A DNA stretch of 32,000 nucleotides, from assembly GCF_000017305.1 (NCBI RefSeq), contig NC_009664.2:2160001-2192000 (forward strand), written 5' to 3'. The notes under the pieces are model-generated. The model did not search any database. It saw only the letters and a list, made by a program, of their open reading frames with translations, and was not told the DNA's origin. The first letter of the stretch is position 1. Each line of letters starts with the position of its first letter. Source of the DNA: Kineococcus radiotolerans SRS30216 = ATCC BAA-149. Its GTDB lineage: Bacteria > Actinomycetota > Actinomycetes > Actinomycetales > Kineococcaceae. Below are positions 15,316-23,448 of the stretch, one piece after another. Position numbers and translations under genes: made by a program.

Positions 15316-16971
15316 ATGACGAACCCGCGCGCAGGACAGCACGCCGAACCCTCGGACCTCATCGACGTCGCCCACGTCGTCACGGCCTACTACGCCACCA
15401 CGCCGGACCCCTCCGACGTCGGCCAGCGCGTCGCCTTCGGCACCTCCGGGCACCGCGGCTCCAGCCTCGACGGCGCCTTCAACGAGCACCACATCCTCGC
15501 CACGACCCAGGCGATCGTGGACTACCGCCGCGAGCAGGGCTACGACGGCCCGCTGTTCATCGGCCGCGACACCCACGCCCTCTCCGAGCCGGCCTGGGTC
15601 TCGGCGCTGGAGGTCCTCGCCGCCAACGACGTCACCGTCCTCGTCGACGACCGCGACTCGTGGACGCCGACGCCGGCGGTCTCGCACGCGATCCTGCGCG
15701 CCAACCGCGGCCCCTCGGGCGTGCGCACCACCGGCTCCGGCCTGGCCGACGGCATCGTCGTCACCCCCTCGCACAACCCCCCGCGCGACGGCGGGTTCAA
15801 GTACAACCCGCCCAACGGCGGCCCGGCCGACACCGACGCGACCGGCTGGATCGCGAGGAAGGCCAACGCCTACCTCGAGGCCGGCCTCGACGGGGTGCGC
15901 CGGGTGCCGTTCGCGAAGGCCCGCGCCGCCGCGCAGGGCTACGACTTCCTCGGCACCTACGTCGACGACCTGCCGAACGTGCTGGACATCGACGCGATCC
16001 GCGACGCCGGCATCCGCATCGGCGCCGACCCCCTGGGCGGGGCGAGCGTGGAGTTCTGGCAGGAGATCGCCGACCGCCACCGCCTGGACCTCACCGTGGT
16101 GAACCCGCTGGTCGACCCGACCTGGCGCTTCATGACGCTGGACTGGGACGGCAAGATCCGGATGGACTGCTCCTCGCCGGCGGCGATGCACTCCCTCATC
16201 GACCGCCGCTCGGAGTTCCAGATCGCCACCGGCAACGACGCCGACTCCGACCGGCACGGCATCGTCACCCCCGACGCGGGGCTGATGAACCCCAACCACT
16301 ACCTCGCCGTCGCGATCCAGTACCTCTTCGGCGCCCGCACGGGCTGGCCGCAGAGCGCGGCCATCGGCAAGACGCTGGTGTCCAGCTCGATGATCGACCG
16401 GGTCGCGGCGTCGCTGGGCCGGGAACTGCTGGAGGTCCCCGTCGGGTTCAAGTGGTTCGTCCCCGGCCTGCTGGACGCCTCCGTCGGCTTCGGCGGCGAG
16501 GAGAGCGCCGGCGCCTCGTTCCTGCGCAAGGACGGGTCGGTGTGGAGCACCGACAAGGACGGCATCCTGCTGGCCCTGCTCGCCTCCGAGATCACGGCGG
16601 TGACGGGCCGGACCCCGAGCGAGCACTACGGCGACCTGATCGCGAAGTTCGGCCGCCCGCAGTACGTGCGCAGCGACGCGGCCGCGACCCGCGAGCAGAA
16701 GGCGACGCTGTCGAAGCTGTCGGCCGACCAGGTCGGCGCCACCGAGCTGGCCGGGGAGTCGATCACCGCGAAGCTCACCGAGGCCCCCGGCAACGGCGCG
16801 GCCATCGGCGGTCTCAAGGTCGTCACCGAGAACGCGTGGTTCGCGGCCCGGCCCTCGGGCACCGAGGACGTGTACAAGATCTACGCGGAGTCCTTCAAGG
16901 GGGCCGACCACCTGCGCCACGTGCAGCACGAGGCGCAGGAACTCGTCGACGGGGTCCTCTCGGGGAAGTGA
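15316..16971 (+). CDS. pgm: phosphoglucomutase, alpha-D-glucose phosphate-specific
   Basis: 551 aa. FGTSGHRG, catalytic-serine loop [15 protein letters not shown], metal loop [10 protein letters not shown], and GGEESAG sugar-binding loop. Confidence 0.95.
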   Translation: MTNPRAGQHAEPSDLIDVAHVVTAYYATTPDPSDVGQRVAFGTSGHRGSSLDGAFNEHHILATTQAIVDYRREQGYDGPLFIGRDTHALSEPAWVSALEVLAANDVTVLVDDRDSWTPTPAVSHAILRANRGPSGVRTTGSGLADGIVVTPSHNPPRDGGFKYNPPNGGPADTDATGWIARKANAYLEAGLDGVRRVPFAKARAAAQGYDFLGTYVDDLPNVLDIDAIRDAGIRIGADPLGGASVEFWQEIADRHRLDLTVVNPLVDPTWRFMTLDWDGKIRMDCSSPAAMHSLIDRRSEFQIATGNDADSDRHGIVTPDAGLMNPNHYLAVAIQYLFGARTGWPQSAAIGKTLVSSSMIDRVAASLGRELLEVPVGFKWFVPGLLDASVGFGGEESAGASFLRKDGSVWSTDKDGILLALLASEITAVTGRTPSEHYGDLIAKFGRPQYVRSDAAATREQKATLSKLSADQVGATELAGESITAKLTEAPGNGAAIGGLKVVTENAWFAARPSGTEDVYKIYAESFKGADHLRHVQHEAQELVDGVLSGK

Positions 16972-16981
16972 CGGGCGCACG

Positions 16982-17356
16982 ATGACGAGGGTCGACCAGT
17001 GGACGTGGGCGGTGCGGCTCTACAAGAGCCGCTCGCTCGCGACCGCTGCGGTGAAGGCGGGTCACGTGCGGGTCAACGACGAGCGCGCGAAACCTTCCAC
17101 CAGCGTGCACGTCGGCGACGAGGTGCGGGTGCGGGCCGAGGGCTACGAGAAGGTCTTCGAGGTCGTGCAGCTGCTGGAGAAGCGGGTGGGCGCCCCCATC
17201 GCGCAGGCCGCCTACGTCGACCACTCCCCGCCGCCCCCGCCGCGGGACGAGTTCTTCGGCGCGTTCGGCACCCGCGAGCGCGGGGCCGGGCGCCCGACGA
17301 AGCGGGACCGCCGCGAGCTGGACCGCCTCCGCGCCCCCGAGCGCGGCCAGGACTGA
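16982..17356 (+). CDS. S4-domain RNA-binding protein (Hsp15/HslR-like)
   Basis: MTRVDQWTWAVRLYKSRSLATAAVKAGHVRVNDERAKPSTSVHVGDEVRV is the S4 alpha-L motif. Begins 10 nt after the pgm stop. Confidence 0.8.
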   Translation: MTRVDQWTWAVRLYKSRSLATAAVKAGHVRVNDERAKPSTSVHVGDEVRVRAEGYEKVFEVVQLLEKRVGAPIAQAAYVDHSPPPPPRDEFFGAFGTRERGAGRPTKRDRRELDRLRAPERGQD

Positions 17357-17380
17357 CCCGCCCCCGCCCGGGGCGGGTCA
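17354..17380. terminator. bidirectional hairpin embedding both convergent stop codons
   Basis: TGACCCGCCCC-cgccc-GGGGCGGGTCA: perfect 11-bp stem, 5-nt loop. The left arm starts with the TGA of the S4 gene and the right arm ends with TCA, the stop of the minus-strand small ORF. Confidence 0.55.
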
Positions 17381-17602
17381 GGCCCTGGGCAGGTCCTGGA
17401 GCCAGCTCTCGACCTCGGCGAGGGTGAGGACGGGACCCGCGGCGCCGAAGGCGATCCGGGCGTCCTTCTCCCCCGGCTTGCCGCTGGTCAGCAGGTAGCC
17501 CGGGTGGCGCTTCGTGGGGGCCTCCAGGGTCCAGCCCTTGGCCTTGGCGAGCTTGCGCAGCCGGTCGAACCGCGCGTCGTCGGCGGGAGTCGTCCCGGCC
17601 AT
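17378..17602 (-). CDS. hypothetical small protein (74 aa), translationally coupled to the MerR gene
   Basis: ATG 17602-17600 overlaps the MerR TGA (TGATG). Very high GC3, all Lys as AAG. Sequence MAGTTPADDARFDRLRKLAKAKGWTLEAPTKRHPGYLL... No family recognised. Confidence 0.6.
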   Translation of the reverse strand: MAGTTPADDARFDRLRKLAKAKGWTLEAPTKRHPGYLLTSGKPGEKDARIAFGAAGPVLTLAEVESWLQDLPRA

Positions 17603-17982
17603 CAGGAGGCCCACGAGCACTCGGCGGGCGGGCTCGCCTCGTGGTGCTCCTCGGCGATGCGGATGATCTCGTTCAGCCGGTCGCGGGCCCCGGTGAGCTC
17701 GTCGATCTGGGCCTGGACCCGGTCGCGCTCCTCGGCGAGCTTGGCCCGCATGCCCGGGGTGGTGCGCCCGGAGTCCATGCAGGGCAGGATCCGCAGCACG
17801 GAGCGGCTGGGGAGCCCCGCGGAGTAGAGGAGCTGGATGAACCTCACCCGGTCCACGGCGGACTCCGGGTAGTGCCGCTGCCCGCTGGGGCTGCGCTCGG
17901 CGGTGAGCAGGCCCTGCTCCTCGTAGTAGCGCAGCGCGCGGACGCTGACGCCCGCCGCCGCGGCGACCTCTCCGATGCGCAC
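17602..17982 (-). CDS. MerR-family transcriptional regulator
   Basis: (M)RIGEVAAAAGVSVRALRYYEEQGLL HTH signature, followed by a coiled-coil dimerisation helix (ERDRVQAQIDELTGARDRLNEII). GTG 17982 with GGGAGG upstream. Cys residues in LPCMD and the C-terminal ECSWAS. Confidence 0.85.
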   Translation of the reverse strand: MRIGEVAAAAGVSVRALRYYEEQGLLTAERSPSGQRHYPESAVDRVRFIQLLYSAGLPSRSVLRILPCMDSGRTTPGMRAKLAEERDRVQAQIDELTGARDRLNEIIRIAEEHHEASPPAECSWAS

Positions 17983-18015
17983 TGGGCCTCCCGGGTGAAC
18001 GGACCCTCGAGCGGA

Positions 18016-18049
18016 GTTGACCCTGACGTCAACGTGAGGTCCTAGCGTA
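18016..18049 (+). promoter_or_regulatory. MerR-type promoter/operator for the SDR gene
   Basis: -35 TTGACC (18017-18022), 20-nt spacer, -10 TAGCGT (18043-18048). Dyad GTTGAC-N6-GTCAAC (18016-18033) with an internal perfect palindrome TGACGTCA. The -10 ends 7 nt before ATG 18056. Confidence 0.55.
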
Positions 18050-18055
18050 GCCGTC

Positions 18056-18757
18056 ATGGACATCAGCCACGCCACCGCGCTCGTCACGGGCGCCAACCGC
18101 GGCATCGGCCGCGCCCTCGCCGTCGAGCTGCTCGCCCGCGGCGCGAAGGTCTACGCCGCCGCCCGCCGCCCCGAGACCGTCGACCTGCCCGGGGTCGAGG
18201 TCCTCGCCCTCGACGTCACCGACCCCGCCGCCGTCGCCGACGCCGCCCGCGCGGCCGCCGACGTGGACCTCCTCGTCAACAACGCCGGGATCACCACCGG
18301 CGCGACCCTCCTCGGCGACCTCGACGGGGTGCGCGCGGAGCTGGACGTCAACTTCTGGGGGACCCTCTCGATGGTCCGGGCCTTCGCCCCGGTCCTCGCC
18401 GCGAACGGCGGGGGCGCCGTGGTGAACATCGCCTCGGCCCTGTCCTGGTTCGCCTTCCCCGGCGCCGGCGCCTACGCCGTCTCCAAGGCGGCGAACTGGA
18501 ACATGAGCAACGCGCTGCGCCTGGAACTGGCCGGGCAGGGCACGCTCGTCACCTCCGTCCACCTCGGCGCGGCCGACACCGACATGATGAAGGACTACGA
18601 CGGCCCGAAGATCGATCCGGCCGAGGTCGCCCGCCGCACCCTCGACGGGGTGGCCGCCGGGGACCTCGAGGTCGTCGCCGACGAGTGGAGCGCCATGATC
18701 AAGGCGAGCCTGGCGAAGGACCCGCGGGAATTCTACGGGCAGTTCCTCGGGAACTGA
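18056..18757 (+). CDS. short-chain dehydrogenase/reductase (SDR)
   Basis: TGANRGIG cofactor motif, NNAG, catalytic YAVSKAA (YxxxK). 233 aa. Confidence 0.9.
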   Translation: MDISHATALVTGANRGIGRALAVELLARGAKVYAAARRPETVDLPGVEVLALDVTDPAAVADAARAAADVDLLVNNAGITTGATLLGDLDGVRAELDVNFWGTLSMVRAFAPVLAANGGGAVVNIASALSWFAFPGAGAYAVSKAANWNMSNALRLELAGQGTLVTSVHLGAADTDMMKDYDGPKIDPAEVARRTLDGVAAGDLEVVADEWSAMIKASLAKDPREFYGQFLGN

Positions 18758-18820
18758 CGTTCTCCCGGAGTTCCGCCGGCGGTCACTCGGGGGGAACGCG
18801 GCCGGAGCACACTCCGGGGC

Positions 18821-20392
18821 GTGACCCCGCCCACGACCTCCACCGACCGCCGCCGGTTCCTCGCGGCCACCGGCGCCGTGGCCGGGCTCGCCGCGGCGAC
18901 CAGCCTCGGGGTGAGCCCGGCCTCGGCCTCCAGCGCGGTGCGCCGCGGGGACGACCCGTTCACCCTGGGGATCGCCTCGGGCGACCCCGCACCGGACGGT
19001 TTCGTGCTGTGGACGCGCCTGGCCCCGGACCCCTTCAGCGCCGACGGCGGGATGGGTTCGGCCGCCGTGCGCGTGGAGTGGCGGGTGTGCGAGGACGAGG
19101 CGATGCGCCGCGAGGTCGCCCGCGGGCGGGAACTCGCCACGCCGGAGCTCGCGCACTCCGTCCACGTGGAGGTCCACGGGTTGCGGCCCGACCGCGAGTA
19201 CTTCTACCAGTTCCGCTACCAGCGCGGGACCTCCCCGGTCGGGCGCACCCGCACCCTGCCGCTGCCGTGGCGGTGCCCGCCGTCGATGTCGTTCGCGTTC
19301 GTCTCCTGCCAGGACCACGCCTCGGGCTACTACCCGTCGTTCGCGGACATCGCCGCGCAGGACCTCGACCTCGTCGTGCACCTCGGCGACTACGTCTACG
19401 AGGGCGACGTCGACGCCCGCGGCGGGTACCGCGACGCCCCCGTCCCCGAACCCGCGCGGGCGGCCCCGAGGACGCTGGAGCAGTGGCGCTACCGCTACGC
19501 CCTCTACAAGAGCGACCCGCAGCTGCGGGCCGCGCACGCCCGGCACCCGTTCGTCGTCACCTGGGACGACCACGAGGTCGTCAACGACTACGCGGGGACC
19601 GCCGCGGCCGGGCAGCCCGACCTCTCGGACCTGCGCGCCGCCGCCTACCAGGCCTACTACGAGCACCAGCCGCTGCGGCGGCGCTCGATCCCCACCCCCC
19701 GTGGCGGCCTGCGGCTGCACCGGGGTTTCGAGTACGGGACCCTCGCCGCGTTCAACGTCCTCGACGGCCGCCAGTACCGCGACGTCCCGGCGGGCAGCTG
19801 GGGCGAGGGGCCGGAGGTCGTCGACCCGGGCGCCACGATGCTCGGGCACCGCCAGGAACGCTGGCTGGACCGCCGGCTGCGCACGAGCCGGTCGCGCTGG
19901 AACGTCCTGGGCAACAACGTCATGGTCTCCCGCCTCGACCACGACGGCCCCACCGGCGACGTCGTGTGGCACGACGCGTGGGACGGCTACCCCGCCGCGC
20001 GCGAACGCCTCACCCGCTCGATCCTCGACGCCCGCGTGCGCAACCCGGTGTTCATCACCGGCGACTGGCACTCGACGTTCGTCAACGACGTCCACACCGA
20101 CTTCGACCGCCCCGACTCCCCCGTCTTCGCCACCGAGTTCGTGGGGACGTCGATCTCCTCCAACGGCGACCGCGAGGTGTACGGGCCGTACTACGGCCCG
20201 ATGATCGGGTACAACCCGCACATCCGGTTCTTCGACGGCGACCGCCGCGGTTACGTCCGCTGCACCCTCACCGCGCGGGAGTGGCGGACCGAGCTGCGGA
20301 TGACCCCGACGGTCTCCACCCCCGACGCCCCGACGGAGACGTGGCGCACGTTCGTCGTCGAGGACGGGGTGCCGGGGGCGCAGGAGGTCTAG
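18821..20392 (+). CDS. phoD: alkaline phosphatase D family protein with Tat signal
   Basis: Twin-arginine leader TDRRRFLAATGAVAGLAAATSLGVSPASA. PhoD N-domain FTLGIASGDPAPDGFVLWTRL. Metallophosphatase motifs HLGDYVYE, VTWDDHEV, GDWH. GTG start with CACACT 7 nt upstream. Confidence 0.9.
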   Translation: MTPPTTSTDRRRFLAATGAVAGLAAATSLGVSPASASSAVRRGDDPFTLGIASGDPAPDGFVLWTRLAPDPFSADGGMGSAAVRVEWRVCEDEAMRREVARGRELATPELAHSVHVEVHGLRPDREYFYQFRYQRGTSPVGRTRTLPLPWRCPPSMSFAFVSCQDHASGYYPSFADIAAQDLDLVVHLGDYVYEGDVDARGGYRDAPVPEPARAAPRTLEQWRYRYALYKSDPQLRAAHARHPFVVTWDDHEVVNDYAGTAAAGQPDLSDLRAAAYQAYYEHQPLRRRSIPTPRGGLRLHRGFEYGTLAAFNVLDGRQYRDVPAGSWGEGPEVVDPGATMLGHRQERWLDRRLRTSRSRWNVLGNNVMVSRLDHDGPTGDVVWHDAWDGYPAARERLTRSILDARVRNPVFITGDWHSTFVNDVHTDFDRPDSPVFATEFVGTSISSNGDREVYGPYYGPMIGYNPHIRFFDGDRRGYVRCTLTAREWRTELRMTPTVSTPDAPTETWRTFVVEDGVPGAQEV

Positions 20393-21246
20393 TGCGCGGC
20401 GGGCCGGGCGAGCACGTCCCGCACGGTCCGCGGTTCCCGGCCCAGGAGGTTCCCGAGGAGGGGGTCCACGCCGGCGAAGAACCCCTCCTCGGCGGCCCGG
20501 TGCATCCCGAGGGCGAAGCGCGCGACGAACTCGGGGCGTCCGGCCGCGACCTGGGCCGCGACCCACTCCTCCGGGTCCACGACCTCGACCTCGACGGTGC
20601 GCCCGGTGAGTTCCGAGGCGGTCTCGGCCACCTGCGCGAAGGTCGGGGCGGAGTGCGCGGTGAGCGTCACCGGGCCCTCGTGGGGCACGGCCGCGGTGAG
20701 GATCACCGCCGCGGCCTCCGCGGCGTCCTCGCGCGCGGTCCACGAGACGGGCCCGTCGGCGGGGACGACGATGCGCCCGGTCTCGCGCCACGGACCGGCC
20801 AGCTGGTCGAGGCTGTGGGCGTAGAAACCGTTGCGCAGCGAGGTCCAGGGCAGACCGGAGGCCGCCAGCAGTTCCTCGGTGGCGGCGTGTTCGCGCCCCG
20901 GCCCGAACGGGGTGCCCGGCGCCGCCCCCTGGTGACTGGTGTAGAGGACGCGCCCGGCGCCCACCGCCACCGCCGCGTCGACCGCGTGGCGGTGCAGGGC
21001 GACCGCGTCGGCACGCGGGTCGCTGGAGGAGACGAGCAGGAGCTGGTCGGCCCCGGCGAACGCGGCGGGCAGCGAGGCCGGGTCGGCGTAGTCGCCGTGG
21101 CGGACCTCGATCCCGCGGTCGGCGAAGCGCTGCGCCGCGGCGACGTCGCGGGCGACGACGACGACCTCGGAGGCGGGGACGCGCTGGAGCAGGTGGTCGA
21201 CGGTGGCGCCGTTGAGGGCTCCGGTCGCTCCGGTGACGACGATCAT
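20389..21246 (-). CDS. NmrA-like/atypical SDR NAD(P)H-binding protein
   Basis: 285 aa from ATG 21246 (GGGAGGA 7 nt upstream). [20 protein letters not shown] Rossmann motif, typical of the NmrA/QOR2-like family. Confidence 0.85.
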   Translation of the reverse strand: MIVVTGATGALNGATVDHLLQRVPASEVVVVARDVAAAQRFADRGIEVRHGDYADPASLPAAFAGADQLLLVSSSDPRADAVALHRHAVDAAVAVGAGRVLYTSHQGAAPGTPFGPGREHAATEELLAASGLPWTSLRNGFYAHSLDQLAGPWRETGRIVVPADGPVSWTAREDAAEAAAVILTAAVPHEGPVTLTAHSAPTFAQVAETASELTGRTVEVEVVDPEEWVAAQVAAGRPEFVARFALGMHRAAEEGFFAGVDPLLGNLLGREPRTVRDVLARPAAH

Positions 21247-21262
21247 CGTGGGTCCTCCCGTG

Positions 21263-21305
21263 GTGTTATCATTGGAAACACGATGAAGGTAACCATGGAA
21301 TTCCA
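21263..21305. promoter_or_regulatory. candidate TetR operator region in an AT-enriched divergent intergenic
   Basis: Inverted repeat GTGTT-N9-AACAC (21263-21281) and perfect 10-bp palindrome TGGAATTCCA (21296-21305). Locally the least GC-rich stretch of the window. Confidence 0.4.
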
Positions 21306-21335
21306 GCGGTAGCAAGGGTGCGTTATCGTCGGAAC

Positions 21336-22049
21336 GTGACCGAGACCGACCGCCGCGGCGACACCCGCTCGCGGATCGTCGAGGCTGCGGCCCACCTGCT
21401 GGGCGAGCACGGACCGGCGGCGGTGACCACCCGGGGGGTCGCCGAGGCCGCCGGGGTCCAGGCCCCCGCCATCTACCGCCTCTTCGGCGACAAGGACGGC
21501 CTGCTCGACGCTGTGGCCGAGCACGTCCTGGACACCCACGTCGCCGCCAAGGCCGTCGTCGTCGCGGCGGCCGCGGCCGACGACGTCGACCCGCTGGAGG
21601 ACCTCCGCTCCGGGTGGCGCGCCCAGATCGAGTTCGGTCTCGCCCACCCGGCCCTGTTCCGGCTGCTCAGCGACCCCGAGCGGGCGCTGAGCTCCCCCGC
21701 CGCGGCCGCCGGCCTGCGCGTCCTCCAGGCGCGCGTCCACCGCCTCGCCGCCGCCGGCCGCCTGCGGGTCGCGGAACGGCGCGCCGTGCAGCTCGTCCAG
21801 GCCGCCGGCGTCGGCACCACCACCACCCTGCTCTCCCTGCCGCCGCAGGAGCGCGACCCCGCGCTCGCGGACGCGATGCTCGAGGCGGTGCTCGCGCAGG
21901 TCCTCGTCGACGCCCCCCGCCCGGCCGGCGACGGGACGACGGCGGCGGCCGTCGCGTTCCGGGCCCTGGCCCCCGACCTGCCCGCCCTCACCGACGGCGA
22001 GCGCCGGCTCCTGGGGGAGTGGCTGGACCGGGTGGTCGCGGCCGGGTAG
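21336..22049 (+). CDS. TetR/AcrR-family transcriptional regulator
   Basis: [50 protein letters not shown] signature. The track ORF starts at GTG 21318. GTG 21336 is preferred because TATCGT (21324-21329) ends 6 nt upstream (leaderless geometry). Confidence 0.85.
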   Translation: MTETDRRGDTRSRIVEAAAHLLGEHGPAAVTTRGVAEAAGVQAPAIYRLFGDKDGLLDAVAEHVLDTHVAAKAVVVAAAAADDVDPLEDLRSGWRAQIEFGLAHPALFRLLSDPERALSSPAAAAGLRVLQARVHRLAAAGRLRVAERRAVQLVQAAGVGTTTTLLSLPPQERDPALADAMLEAVLAQVLVDAPRPAGDGTTAAAVAFRALAPDLPALTDGERRLLGEWLDRVVAAG

Positions 22050-22061
22050 CGGCCCGGGTCG

Positions 22062-22089
22062 CCGGCGCGCCGGGTCGACGGCGCGCCGG
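22062..22089 (+). terminator. GC hairpin after the TetR gene
   Basis: CCGGCGCGCC-gggtcgac-GGCGCGCCGG: 10-bp perfect stem, 8-nt loop, 13 nt after the stop at 22049. No U-tract. Confidence 0.4.
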
Positions 22090-22188
22090 TCCCGGGTGGC
22101 GCGGTGGGCGCGGGCGCGGTCGGATGCGGGGAGCCACCACCCGTCGGGGACCGCGACCCGGCCCCGGCACCACCTCGAGGAGACCGCT

Positions 22189-22404
22189 GTGATCAAGACG
22201 CTGCACGACGCCGGGATCAGGTCCGAGTGGGCCTACACCGCCGGGTTCGCCAGCATCGGCCTGTCCTTCCTGGCCTGGACGATCTCGCGCCAGAAGGAGG
22301 ACGCCAGCCTGGCCCGCGCCGACCGCTGGGGCATCTTCGTCGGGCACTGGGCCCCGACGTTCTTCGGCGTGGGCAACGCCCTGCGCGGCTACGAGAAGGA
22401 CTGA
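22189..22404 (+). CDS. hypothetical small membrane protein (71 aa, 2 predicted TM)
   Basis: GTG 22189 with GAGGAG 6 nt upstream. Extreme GC3. Hydrophobic segments AYTAGFASIGLSFLAWTI and WGIFVGHWAPTFFGVG. The upstream part of track ORF 22096..22404 is Arg-rich. Confidence 0.65.
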   Translation: MIKTLHDAGIRSEWAYTAGFASIGLSFLAWTISRQKEDASLARADRWGIFVGHWAPTFFGVGNALRGYEKD

Positions 22405-22423
22405 CCCGCCCCTGACCCGCCCC
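22402..22423 (+). repeat. tandem 11-mer TGACCCGCCCC x2 (plus partial third GACCCAC) starting at a stop codon
   Basis: 22402-22412 and 22413-22423 are identical. The first copy begins with the TGA stop of the small membrane protein gene. Confidence 0.8.
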
Positions 22424-22437
22424 GACCCACCGGGGGC

Positions 22438-22466
22438 CCTGACCGCCCGGTGAGCGGGCGGTCAGG
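22438..22466. terminator. hairpin embedding the aldo/keto reductase stop codon
   Basis: CCTGACCGCCCG-gtgag-CGGGCGGTCAGG: perfect 12-bp stem, 5-nt loop. TCA at 22462-22464 (the AKR stop) lies inside the right arm. Located between convergent genes. Confidence 0.5.
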
Positions 22467-23394
22467 CCCAGGGCAGCGTGCTGCGCGTGCGCCAGTACGC
22501 CGCCGGTTCCTCCACGACCCCGGCGGGCACCACCGCCGGGGGCCGGGCCGCGAGGTTCTGTTCGAGCTGCGCGGTCGTCACCGCGCCGCTGAGCACCACG
22601 TCGGCGAAGGGCTGGGCGAGCACCGCGCCGAGGGCGAAGGCGTCGGGGGTCTGCCCGTCCAGCGCGGCCAGCCGCGCCACCTCCGCCGGCGCCCCGCGCG
22701 CGGTGAGGCGGCCGTTGGCGACCCCCTCCTTCACCACGACGAGCCACCCCGCGTCGTGGGCGCGCGCCAGCGCCGGGCCCACCGAGCGCTCCAGCAGGTT
22801 CCACGTGGACTGCACGACGCTGAAGGGGTTGCCGGGCAGGGCGAGGGCGCGCTCGACGACGTCCCCCTGGGCCGGGCCGCTGGTGGAGATCCCGACCCGC
22901 ACGCCCGCACCGGCCAGGGCGCGCAGCCGGTCCAGGAGCACCGCGTCCGCCAGGGCCGGGCTGTCCGGGGTCACCGAGTGGACCAGGTAGGTGTCCGGGG
23001 GACCGCCGAGGGCCTCCAGCGTCTGCGGCCACTGCCGGTCCAGGACCTGCGGGCGGTGGTCCTTGCGCTCGTGCAGCGGGGCGTCCAGGCTCCACCCGCC
23101 GACGTACTCGTAGCCCCACTTGGAGCCGACCGTCAGCTGCGCGCGCCGGCCGGGGTGCGCGGCGAGCCAGCTGCCGAGGAACCGCTCGGCGAGGCCGTAG
23201 GAGCGCGCGGCGTCGACGTGGCGGACGCCCAGCTCGAAGGCCCGGTCCAGCAGCCGGTGCGACCTGGCCTCCAGGTCCTCGACGGAGCGCGCCGCGGCGA
23301 GGTCCTCGGAGCGGCCCAGCGTGATGTAGGCGGGGCGCCCGACCGCGGCCAGCCCGAGCCCCAGCCGGTGCACCCACGGAGTCGTCCCGGTCAC
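22462..23394 (-). CDS. aldo/keto reductase
   Basis: C-terminal 310 aa of ORF 22462..25164. LGLGLAAVGRPAY, FELGVRHVDAARSYG and LVHSV motifs fit the AKR fold. GTG 23394 has TACGCT ending 6 nt upstream; GTG 23373 is an alternative start. Confidence 0.8.
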   Translation of the reverse strand: MTGTTPWVHRLGLGLAAVGRPAYITLGRSEDLAAARSVEDLEARSHRLLDRAFELGVRHVDAARSYGLAERFLGSWLAAHPGRRAQLTVGSKWGYEYVGGWSLDAPLHERKDHRPQVLDRQWPQTLEALGGPPDTYLVHSVTPDSPALADAVLLDRLRALAGAGVRVGISTSGPAQGDVVERALALPGNPFSVVQSTWNLLERSVGPALARAHDAGWLVVVKEGVANGRLTARGAPAEVARLAALDGQTPDAFALGAVLAQPFADVVLSGAVTTAQLEQNLAARPPAVVPAGVVEEPAAYWRTRSTLPWA

Positions 23395-23399
23395 CCCGG

Positions 23400-23406
23400 T
23401 AGCGTA
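23400..23406. promoter_or_regulatory. symmetric -10 heptamer TAGCGTA shared by the divergent AKR and zwf promoters
   Basis: Reads TAGCGT on the + strand and TACGCT on the - strand (both TAnnnT). The minus copy ends 6 nt before GTG 23394. The + copy would give a leader of about 37 nt containing GGAG before ATG 23449. Confidence 0.4.
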
Positions 23407-23448
23407 GGCGCGGGCATGATCTGACCCCCCACCGAGTTGGAGACGCAC

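Noticed and set aside
17349-17364. Treating the 16-mer identity with 22397-22412 as proof of a mobile or repeat element
   Set aside because: By a rough estimate, several chance 16-mer matches are expected in 32 kb at this GC content. I keep it only as a hypothesis, tied to its stop-codon position, under findings.
18029-20791. 920-aa minus-strand ORF, and the 875-aa plus-strand ORF 18685..21312, spanning the SDR/PhoD/NmrA region
   Set aside because: Arg/Gly/Pro/Asp-rich low-complexity translations, antisense or out of frame to genes with clear family motifs. These are classic shadow ORFs of high-GC DNA with few stop codons.
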